Positions 34,516-64,000 of a DNA stretch of 64,000 nt are shown one piece after another. Origin of the DNA: the human T2T-CHM13v2.0 reference genome, Homo sapiens; the NCBI RefSeq assembly GCF_009914755.1, contig NC_060936.1. The stretch is one strand, 5' to 3'. Numbering within the stretch: position 1 is the stretch's first letter; each line of letters opens with the position of its first letter. The notes under the pieces were generated by a model. That model made no database searches and was not told where the DNA came from. It was given only the letters and a program-made list of their open reading frames with translations. The position numbers and the translations under genes were made by a program.

Positions 34516-35956
34516 CTGGAAATGAGTATTTTTCATTAATTTGGGGGTGGAGGTGGAGAGGCACCAGAGGCATGGAGTATGTAAAAAATTAAAAACAACT
34601 CAACACTTCTGGCTGAGACGTTGCAGAGCCTGGGTTGTCTATCTTTATTGGAAATGTTTGTCCTCTGCCTGGCTGGTGATGACAGGCTTCATATCTCTAG
34701 AAGGAATGTTGGGGAGCTGAGAAGGGCTGTGAGCCATGGTTGCTAAGTGTTACTGTTAGTTCTTTATTATGTAAGAATCTCTGCATTGTGTTTATACTAA
34801 AACAGTAAGTAAAGGGTGGGTGCTTTAATTCTGGTTTTACATAAGAAGTATGGGAGCTTGCCCATTTTTCTCTGAAGTAAGAAGATTTGGGCCCAGCAGT
34901 GAGGATCAGACGTCAGGCAGTGTGGAAGACTGAAGCCATCCACAGTTAATTTTCTAGCTTGTTGCAGAGTTTGGGCATTCCTCACGTAGATTCTCCAGTC
35001 CTTGCTTCCTCCCTCTTGCTGCAGGCCTTTTGGTCTTCATGCTGCTCATTTGCAGCCCTACCAGAAGCAGCAGTAGAAGACAGAGCTGAATCAGTTAATT
35101 TAGGCCTTCTAAGTCGTTGTGATAAACAACTGGGTGGGAGGAGGGATGGTTCCAATGAGATTTTAAGAATTACAGATGTATGTGTATTATCTGCTGCTCC
35201 ACAGGAGAACTGAAAATAGACTGAAAGCTGCTCACAGCCAAAGCCAGAAGGAAACTGCAGTATTGACAGAGAGAGAGAAAGAGAGAGAAAGAAACAGACT
35301 CAAATCACTCGGGGCAAGAGAGGGTTTGCTGGTGTGGAAACCGGGTGGTGGGGAGGCTTTCAGCAGAATATCAGGAGGGGACTTCAGCAGGGACCCAAGG
35401 AAAGACGTGAAAGAACAGACACTATAGAAAAGGTGAACCCTTTTGATCCAATCTCACTGTAAAGCCAAAAGGAGTGAGTACTGTTTGAAGTGACCCTGGC
35501 CTCATTCCATATTGGTGCTCTGCCTGTTGGGTCAGCCAGCTCTTCGGCTGGTCCCTGATTTGGAAGTTACGTCTTTCGTATATTTATTTCCAGAGACTTC
35601 TTAGCAGCAGTTACGTTTCATAAGGGAAGTTTTGATACCTCTTTTGTTCCCTGCTATGTCTGCCATCACCCACAACAGTGCCTAGCACAAAGAAAGCACT
35701 CAATAGATATTTGCTGAGTGAATGAATGAATGATGTTTCTTCATGAACAGACAAGGAAACTGAGGCATAATGTGATTAACTGCGTGGTCCATCATATCAT
35801 TTGTTCTATCAAAATTGCAAGTAATAGAAACCAATTTGAGTCAGATTATGAAGAAGGAGTATGACATGAGGGTCCCAAGAGTCTCAAAGACGCCAGGGTC
35901 TTCAGGAGCTGACCTGGACACCTCTGGATCCCTCTCCCTTCCTCCTCTCTCCTCTG

Positions 35957-35990
<34 letters not shown>

Positions 35991-36639
35991 GTTCCAGCCC
36001 CAGGAAGGGACTCTGAATCTCTCCTGGTCCTTGTCCCAGATTCCCAGGAGGGGCTTCTGGTCAGGGCTCTGTCCACCATTGCATGACTTTGCAGCAGTTC
36101 AAGTCAATGAGTGGAGGGGCTGAAGAACTCATCAAGGTGAGAGGAACTGCTCACGTTCTCATAAATTTCTCGGCGGATGGTTAGATCCAGAGAACACATA
36201 ATCCAGTTGGTGTGAATGAGACCCCTAAGTATTTACTCTGGAAATTCTCATGATAGCTTTACTGAGGAGTCTTTTATCTGTGAAAATGCATAATTATGGA
36301 ACAAGTCCTGAGGATTGTCTAAAATAAGGAAAAACCTGAGCCCACTAGTGTGAAGAGGAAGGCTTCTGTTCTCTGAATAACCCAGGATAGGACACACACC
36401 CATTCATCTACCTTGCAGGGTTCAGGCAGCCAAGTTGCTAAGAAGCAGAGAATAGACTAGAGTCAGTGACAGCCCCTGGCTGGTATTCTGCCCTGCAGGT
36501 GCATTCATTTTTCAATACTGAGCTGTATTTGAAGGCCAGTCATCCCTGTGGATGATTTAAAGGTATCTTCCCTCTGACAGGACCACTCTACAGTATCAAT
36601 TGCTTCCTTCGTACATTTTCCTCATTCTTCAAGGTCTGA

Positions 36640-39012
<2,373 letters not shown>

Positions 39013-40569
39013 GGAAACAGATAATGCATACAGGGCTAAACAGCATAGAAAATGCTGCAAAAGTTGAAGATAGTATATTGATGTACATATTGAAGCAAAG
39101 AGAAAACTGGGGCCTTGGACGATGGAACTAGATGAGTAAGTCACATTCGGTAGGGAATTTAGAGCTGGTGCCTGGGGGCTTCATTTTACAAGACAGCCAT
39201 GGGTATTCTCTACCACATGCTTCCCTCGAATTTACTCAGAGGGAAGCCCTCTCTCCACTGGCTTTCCCAGGCGTTAGGAGTCAATGGTTTTGAATAAGAG
39301 TGAAGATTAAAATTCAGCAGAGCTCCAAGCATGTCTGATCTTGAGCGGACAGGACCATGGACTAAGCTTCTGAACTCCCTTTTCCAATCTGCTCTTCCGG
39401 CCTCTTGATCTCTGTGCCAGGACTCAACTCCATCACAAATGCATAATTCCTATCACAAGGAGACAACCGTAAATATATTTGAATTAAGTGACATGTTTTC
39501 AGCTTCTCAAAGGCCCCATCCCTAAACTCAGTGTGGCCCTGGCCCTGTGACATGCTGGCGATGCAGTCCCACCAGGCACAGCACTGAAACTGCATGTCGT
39601 GCTGGAACAGGGGACTCTACCAGAGGCTCTGCTGGGACAGAAGGTAGGAAGCAGAAGCAGGTATTGGGATTCCATAGGAGAATGCAGTGCTCGCTTCCTG
39701 GTGTACCCATCGAGGAGGCAAGGGAAGGAGCAGTGACTCCTGTCTTTCTGTGACTCAGCTCCCGCCTGGGGCTTCTGGGTTCAGAGCAGGGGAGTGGAGG
39801 GATGTGGGTCTTAGATGAGAGAGGTGGAATGAGCAGCTCTTGGGACTCCTCATGGCCCCACAGTCTCTACCTGCTCAGAGAAAAATGAGCCCAGGTGATG
39901 GGAGGAGGTGTTCATATGTTATGGGAGAGGGAGGGTGACTGGGTGTGGCGCAGAGCTTGGGCTGCACCTGGCTACCTCGGTCTGAGGAGTCTCAAGTGCT
40001 ACCTAATGTGTGGCAGTGGGGACAGAGGTGGGTTTTTTCCCCTTTTGTGGTGCTGGTAAGGAGGGAGCTCATGCATTCTAGGCACTGGTTCCATCCCTTC
40101 ATCTGGCTAAATCAAATCATCTGGGGAGATTTAAAAATTCAGAGTCTGCCAGCCACCGTGACTCACGCCTAGAATTCTAGCACTTTGGGAGGCTGAGGCA
40201 GGAGAATCATTTGAGTTCAGGGGTTTGAGGCCAGCCTGGGCAACATAGTAAGACCTTGTCTCTATTGAAAAAACATCAGATTCCTAGGGCCCAGGCCTTG
40301 AGATTCTGATTGAGTCAATTTGGGGTGGGGTCTGGGATTGACTCTGTGTTTTAAAAAGATGCCTTGGGTGATTCTGCTTAGCAGCTATAATAGGGGATTG
40401 TTGATATGTGATTACATTTGACTACACCAAGCCTTCCATGCAGTGGCATGGCCATTTGCAGACAGAGCTGGGTTTAGAGGAAATGTAGCCAGGGCCTCAG
40501 GCTGTTAGAGGTCTAAGGATGGGGATTCAGAGTAAAGCATCAGTATCTACCCACTCAACATTGGACCTG

Positions 40570-44084
<3,515 letters not shown>

Positions 44085-44661
44085 CAAGGAAACTTCAAGA
44101 AGGCAAAGGCAAGGAGGCCCACCCCTGGGCCCTCAGAGGACATGGACAGGGAGCGGACTCTGAAAGGAGCTCTGGGAATGGACTCTGCCCCCTCTAGCCC
44201 CCAGGGCCTGGCCGCCTACACCCAGCTGCTTCTCCTCACTGGCCTCTGCCCCAGGACATGGCAGCCACATCAGGGACGTGGAGCTGGGAAGCGTCCCCCC
44301 TTCTCACAGAAGGTCTGTGACAGTGGAGAAGATTCCCAGGATCTCAGGCTAGAAGTTGGAAGGCATTTTCTGAGGGCCACATGATTCCACCAGCTGGAGT
44401 TTTCTGTTCCCATTGTACAGTCCTTGATTTCTGGGACACAAGATGTTCTTTTAGGCTTTCCTGAATAACAAAGATCACACATACACTTGTTTATCTGGGG
44501 AGATGCCTTCCCGTTCTAAACAACTGACTTACAAATTCTCTTTCTGAGAACAATGCCCATTCATAAGTTGGGAACATTCTGTATGAGTGACTTCTGGCTG
44601 GGAAGGCACAGTTCTCAGGAGGGGGAGGAGTTCTCAGGAGACCCCTGTAAAGTGGGCCTGT

Positions 44662-44727
44662 GCTTAGACACTCAGGTCCCTGTGTTTGCTAGAAACACTT
44701 GGGCACACACAGGTGCCTGTTCCAAGC
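44662..44727 (-). ncRNA. MIR3649: miR-3649 precursor hairpin (mature AGGGACCUGAGUGUCUAAG, 44663-44681)
   Basis: The reverse complement folds as a 66-nt stem-loop (GCUUGGA/UCUAAGC, CAGG/CCUG, CCUGUGU/ACACAGG). The mature sequence and position downstream of WNT5B match my recollection of MIR3649. Confidence 0.85.
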
Positions 44728-45019
44728 CTTCCTCCCAAGGAACACACCTGCGCATGTGAGTCACATGTCCCGCCAACGTGCCACCTAACCTTCACCCTGA
44801 GCTGGGGAGTATTGAGTAACTGTGTCGTCAGCAAAGTCACCCCACTGCTTGGGTAACACCTTCAGATAGTATCCAGGCCAAAACATGTTAAGAAAAAAAA
44901 TTCACTCACAGCCAGAACACTTATTCCTGTTTATCTTTTAACAATGCAAGGGTAGGGAAATTGTTTGGAAATCAAAACGTGGAAGTTCGTTCATCCTCCC
45001 AACTCGTGGAGTTCTAAGG

Positions 45020-45176
45020 CAGAGACTGGCTAAGCTTTTGTGGGACCTAAAAGTTATATAATCAGGGTGGGGCAGTTTAAATAATTACAAATACGGAATT
45101 ATGAACAGGGTCTTAGAAGGCGAGGGAGAGGCCCTGAAACTTGAGCTTCATTCACTTAATGGAAAATCTAACTCTG
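45020..45176 (-). mobile_element. MER53-like hAT MITE
   Basis: Ends cagagactgg...ttttgtgggacc and ggccctgaaacttgagcttcattc...aaatctaactctg resemble the MER53 consensus as I recall it. Confidence 0.55.
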
Positions 45177-45401
45177 ATTCTAGGGGAAGAATCTAGAAGA
45201 TTCCATGAAAATACAATGTTATAGAGCTTTAAATGACTTTCCCTAAAATACTTTTAATACTTCTTGCCTTAGTGGATCCTGGCTTTTCTTTGACAGTGTC
45301 ATTCAGTTGAAAACCCTCTGGGTAAAGGCTCTTTGCCTCCTGGCACCCCCATGCGGGCGGGAGGTGCTGCTCTCAGGGTCTTCACACCCCACTGTTGCAG
45401 C

Positions 45402-45689
45402 CCTCCGCCCACCCGTCTCTCCAGCCGGACCATCCTCTCTGCATTTTGGTCCCTGTCCTCCGCCCACCCGTCTCTCCAGCCGGACCATCCTCTCTGCATT
45501 TTGGTCCCTGTCCTCCGCCCACCCGTCTCTCCAGCCGGACCATCCTCTCTGCATTTTGGTCCCTGTCCTCCGCCCACCCGTCTCTCCAGCCGGACCATCC
45601 TCTCTGCATTTTGGTCCCTGTCCTCCGCCCACCCGTCTCTCCAGCCGGACCATCCTCTCTGCATTTTGGTCCCTGTCCTCCGCCCACCC
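45402..45689. repeat. 55-bp minisatellite, 5.2 identical copies
   Basis: Unit cctccgcccacccgtctctccagccggaccatcctctctgcattttggtccctgt starts at 45402, 45457, 45512, 45567, 45622, and partially at 45677. Confidence 0.97.
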
Positions 45690-45699
45690 TGGGGCCCTT

Positions 45700-48100
45700 C
45701 TGCAAAGCACTGAGGTTCGGGGCGCATGGACGTCTTCCTCCCAGCCCCTCATCCGCCAGCGAGCTGAGCCGCGCCCGGGCCCCTGTCACCGCGCCACCGC
45801 TCCTTCGGGACCTGAAGCCTCCGTGCTCAGCGATCCCCCTGCAGCCCACTGCGACCCCCACCCTTGCTGCGCCCTCCGCCTCAGCACGGCCCTCCCGGAG
45901 CTATGTGCCCTCCCTGACTTCCTCTTCGCCCCTCCCCTGCCTGGCTCTCCCACTGCCAGTCACCCCAACCCCGCCCCAGCAGCAGCCTCGAGTTCCCTCT
46001 CCCCTCGAAGGCCTCGCGGCGGACTCGGAGCGGGGCAGGGAGGAGGCGGGAGGCGGCGGGGGGCGGGGGGCGGGGGGAGGCGGGAGGCGGCGGGAGGCGG
46101 GGGGCGGGGCCGCAGCTCCGCCCTCGGGAAATGGCTCCGCCTCCCTCGCCGGGAGCTGCCTTCAGGGGCCGTATGCAGCGACTCCCCACCCCGCGGGCCA
46201 TGCCAGCGGACGGGCACCTCCGCGGGCGCAGAGCGAGTCACACGTGCATCCTCTCGCCCTTCCCCCGCTGCACCGCCCGCTGTCCAGCCCTCTCCTGTTT
46301 TCTCCCACTGCAGAGCTGGCTAAAGAACACTGCAGACTTGGGCCAATTTGCCCCTGCCCAGATTCCTGATTCCCGGCCTCGCGGCCCCACCGCTGTCTTC
46401 CTCTCCCCTCCCGGACTTCCTGTCGCCCCCAGCCCCAGCCCTCTGTGGCCGCGGCCTGCTCTGCCTGAGCTGCGCCTCCGGAGGTTCCGCCGCCCCTTCG
46501 CCTCCCCCTCCCCACTTCCCGCCTCCCCCCTCACTTCCCGCCTCCCCCTCCCCACTTCCCGCCTCCCCCCTCACTTCCCGCCTCCCCCTCCCCACTTCCC
46601 GCCTCCCCCTCCTCACTTCCCGCCTCCCCCTCCTCACTTCCCGCCTCCCCCTCCCCACTTCCCGCCTCCCCCTCCCCACTTCCCGCCTCCCCCTCCCCAC
46701 TTCCCGCCTCCCCCTCCTCACTTCCCGCCTCCCCCTCCTCACTTCCCGCCTCCCCCTCCCCACTTCCCGCCTCCCCCTCCCCACTTCCCGCCTCCCCCTC
46801 CTCACTTCCCGCCTCCCCCTCCCCACTTCCCGCCTCCCCCTCCCCACTTCCCGCCTCCCCCTCCCCACTTCCCGCCTCCCCCCTCACTTCCCGCCTCCCC
46901 CTCCCCACTTCCCGCCTCCCCCCTCACTTCCCGCCTCCCCCTCCCCACTTCCCGCCTCCCCCTCCTCACTTCCCGCCTCCCCCTCCTCACTTCCCGCCTC
47001 CCCCTCCTCACTTCCCGCCTCCCCCTCCCCACTTCCCGCCTCCCCCTCCTCACTTCCCGCCTCCCCCTCCTCACTTCCCGCCTCCCCCTCCTCACTTCCC
47101 GCCTCCCCCTCCCCACTTCCCGCCTCCCCCTCCCCACTTCCCGCCTCCCCCTCCTCACTTCCCGCCTCCCCCCTCACTTCCCGCCTCCCCCCTCACTTCC
47201 CGCCTCCCCCTCCCCACTTCCCGCCTCCCCCTCACTTCCCGCCTCCTCCTCCCCACTTCCCGCCTCCCCCTCCTCACTTCCCGCCTCCCCCTCCCCACTT
47301 CCCGCCTCCCCCTCCCCACTTCCCGCCTCCCCCTCCCCACTTCCCGCCTCCCCCTCCTCACTTCCCGCCTCCCTCCTGAGAGGTCCGCTGTCGGGAGAGA
47401 GGACTCGGTGTGTGCTCCGCTCGCCCTCCGCGAGATTCCCTCAGGGCACAAGCAGCGCTTCCTGAAGCTCGGTTAGCCCCTCACCCACCAGCTGCAAGGA
47501 CGGGGACCCTGCCTTTCTTATCGCGCATCGCCCAGGCCCTGGCCGGGAGGAGGGCCTCTAACCGGGAGGGGCTGCCCGCTCTTCCGTGCCCCGCCCCGCA
47601 GCGCACCTGCCCGCGAACATGAGGCAGCCGGGGGTCCGCTGGGGCAGAGTGCGGAGTGAAGGGGTGCACTGGGCACTCAGCGCGGCCCTTGGGAGGCAGG
47701 GCCGCCCCAGCCTGCCCTCCTGTCTGGGAAGGCCGTCCAGAAGCAGGAGCCCCGGGGAAAACAACTGGCTGGACGGGGCGGCCTTCAGTGTCTCTCCCAG
47801 CCTGAGAGTCGCTTCCCACCACCTGGGCACGAACCTGCTCTGCGATCTCCGGCAAGTTCCTGCGCCTCCTGTCGGTAAAATGCAGATCGTGGCGTCTTCC
47901 CTGTCCCCTGTGAGGATCGTGAGCCTATGCGTGTGAGGCCACCAAATCCCAATTCGTATGAACGTGCTGGAAGCAAGGGGGTCAGAGCACTTAGCGGCTC
48001 TCTCCTCTGGTGGGGAGAAAACAATGATTTTCTTAAGGACACAGTTTGATGGCGGAGGCTCGAGAGCGGCTACAGTTGGGGCCACTGGAGAGAGAGATGG
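45700..48100. promoter_or_regulatory. Orphan CpG island with GC boxes
   Basis: Dense CpG; clustered GGGGCGGGG at 46031-46108; E-box CACGTG at ~46240; no recognisable coding exon. Confidence 0.85.
46499..47375. repeat. C-rich ~21-bp minisatellite, 42 units plus a partial unit
   Basis: Units cgcctccccctcc(c/t)cacttcc, with 19-bp and 18-bp deletion variants. Confidence 0.97.
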
Positions 48101-48267
48101 CCTCTGGAAGAGGGTGCTGAGTTATGTAGTGGCCGATTCACTGCAGGCTGCCTGCTAGATTGTAGGCTTGCTGAAGGCAGCACCAGTTATCTGTCGCACT
48201 GTTCGCTACAGAATTGTCCGCACCAAGCACAGCATGGACTCTGTTAGCAGTGCAGCAAACATTTGAT

Positions 48268-48512
48268 GAAGGAAGGAAGGAGGGAATTAAAGGAGGAAGA
48301 AAGGAAAGGAGAAAGATAAAAAAGGAAGAAAGGAGGAAGGGAAGGAAGGAAGAAAGGAAGGATGGAGGGAAGGAGGGAAGGAAGGAAGGAGGAAAACAGG
48401 AGGGAAGGAGGGAAGGAAGGAAGGAGGAAAACAGGAGGGAAGGAGGGAAGGAAGGAAGGAGGAAAACAGGAGGGAAGGAAGGGGGAAAGGAAGGGAGGAA
48501 GGAAGGAAGGAG
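48268..48512 (+). repeat. GGAA-rich polypurine low-complexity tract
   Basis: Almost pure G/A; the sub-unit ggaaggaaggaggaaaacaggag occurs three times. Confidence 0.9.
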
Positions 48513-48882
48513 GCTGCTTAGGGGTAAAACGTCTGTAGGGAGGATGCAGCCGGGCCACGAGCTAATAGAAGGTGCAGAATGTCAAGCTGCTGAGATGGAC
48601 CATGGAAGGCAAGAAGAATGAGGGAATGCCCACCCAGTCCTCAATGACAAATAATGATCTTGTTTTCTTTTGCTTTTTCCTCGATCTTAATTTTTAATCC
48701 CCAATGGCTGAATGATGGTGTTCTGTGCAGACATTTGTGTTCGGGTAGAGAGAAGGGAAAAGAATGGCTGGGACTGGCCCACCATGGCCTTGGGACTGGC
48801 CCACTATGGCCCTGCCCTTACAAACTAGAGGAGAGTAATTAAATGAAAACGATGACAAGGATGTACATGTAAAACATTTAAA

Positions 48883-54611
<5,729 letters not shown>

Positions 54612-56129
54612 CCACATTATGTTTTTAATCACCCTCAAATAGATGCTAATAAGTTGTCAGAAACATCATGAGCTGTTGCTGGGATACAGCCCTTTCACAG
54701 CCCAAAGAGCCCCTTGACACATCTTGTTTTTTTCTGGTGAAAAAATAAGAGGACTCATTTTAGTTAGACTCATTCACAAAAACCAGGCGGGCTCATTCTA
54801 GAGTCATATGGCCTCCAAAAGCTCAGACCAGAAGCGTACTGTGCTCCTGTCACACTCTAATCTGACTCTCTTTCTGGAAGAATTTGGAGAGGTGAGTGCC
54901 AATATCATATTACTTTCTCAGGCTGAGAATTTGAGGGTGGAGTCCGGCAGGCTCCTGAGGGAAAGAGAATAAACCAGGAGGAAAGGGGAGCTCCAGCTCG
55001 GCCCTTTGGTTTTCCTTGGAGGCCTTGCTTGGGGGCCAAAGGTTCTTGGCCTGCGTCCTCCCCTCCTTCTCCCTGGGCACTCAGTAGCAGAGTGCCAGCC
55101 TCGCTTCCACTGCAGGCAACCCCACACTGCCCCTCGGGCATCCTCTCCCCCTCACTCACTCACAGCTCATTCGAAAAGGCTTTACTCACCAACTTTAAGT
55201 TTATTGCTTCAACTAAATTACACCTTTTTTTCATATGAAGTCGCAGATGTGTTCCCAGATGGTGCCTGGCCTGGTGTTCTGAGTCATGGGTCTACAGAGG
55301 CCGCCACACCTTGACACCTGGTGAAAGGTCGCCACAGTGCCCTCGCTTGTGATTAGCCCTTTGTAAGTGCAGTGCTCATTTTACCCTGTGGTTCTGAACA
55401 AGCAGGAATGACTGAATCCTGAAGTTGAAGTAGCGTAGCTTTTCCCTGAGATTCAGATGTGTTTACTTTTACACCTTTAAAAAAAAACAACTTTATCAAT
55501 ACAGCTTCACAGACATCACTGCTCCCGCCGTTGCTTTTTCTAGCTTTTAAGGCTGGACATATACCAAGCAAGCTCCCCATCACCACCAGGCCCTTGCCCA
55601 GGTCCACAACAGGGATCAGAAACTTCAGCCTAAGCCCCACTGCTGTGGCTCAGGTGCCATCAACAAGTCTTGACCAAAGCAGGAACTTTTCTAAGCTTCT
55701 AGAATGTAGTTGTCATACCTTGACTAGCTGTCATCAACTCCCTCCCCACGGAATAGTAGCTCTGCATACCTGCTGAGATCCTGCCATAAATGGTCAGGCC
55801 ACCAGCAATTACACTGTTGCCACACCCTGACTTTTTTTTTTTTTTGAGATGGAGTCTTGCTCAAGGAACTTAGTACTTCATACACCACCACCCTATCTAA
55901 CATGCTATTTTGCAGTGATACTTCATATCTTTACATATCCATCATCAATGTAACATACAGTTATACAGCGAATGCATGTTTAGATTTATTTAAAGCTTTA
56001 TTAGTTTCTTTGCTTACCATTGCTTTCCATTTTTTGGAGGGATCACTCTTTTTTTTTTCTTTTGTGTGCATGTGTATGTGTATGAGAAACAGATCATACA
56101 TGAAAAATAAATGAAAAACTATGCACATA

Positions 56130-63883
<7,754 letters not shown>

Positions 63884-64000
63884 CTGGGTTTTATATCTAG
63901 TTAGCATGGTGACAACCCAGATAACTTGGTTTGCATTTGTTTTCCCATTGCTCTAGTATGTTCCAAGGTCGTTTTCATATATATCCTGTATGTGAATTCC

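Noticed and set aside
45402-45689. Regularly spaced repeats that might suggest a CRISPR array
   Set aside because: Units are head-to-tail identical with no unique spacers, there are no cas genes, and the context is eukaryotic. It is a minisatellite.
45299-46369. Long overlapping ORFs (338, 324 and 159 aa) over the 55-mer array and CpG island
   Set aside because: Explained by stop-codon scarcity in GC-rich repeats. The two longest begin at non-ATG codons and none has a recognisable domain.
48214-48621. 135-aa Lys/Glu/Gly/Arg-rich ORF
   Set aside because: Translation of the GGAA low-complexity tract.

Overview
Human (primate) genomic DNA, Alu-dense, containing the complete coding region of WNT5B on the + strand. 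Four coding exons (15729-15808, 17032-17279, 24046-24338, 30155-30613) join through GT-AG introns into 1080 nt / 359 aa. There is a non-coding first exon ending at 13745, a probable distal alternative first exon ending at 665, and a 3'UTR to an ATTAAA at 31555. Downstream lies the MIR3649 hairpin (- strand, 44662-44727). Next to it is an orphan CpG island (~45700-48100) carrying two minisatellites, a perfect 55-bp x5.2 array and a 42-unit C-rich ~21-bp array with variant units, followed by a GGAA-rich purine tract. The rest is Alu, L1, L2, MIR and DNA-transposon relics. Nothing resembles a prokaryotic system. The best candidate for something undescribed is the CpG-island/VNTR/MIR3649 module. 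Other notable items are a ~300-bp intronic duplication with an identity gradient and a target site re-used by successive Alus. Repeat subfamily names are by-eye recognition and repeat boundaries are approximate. No database search was run.
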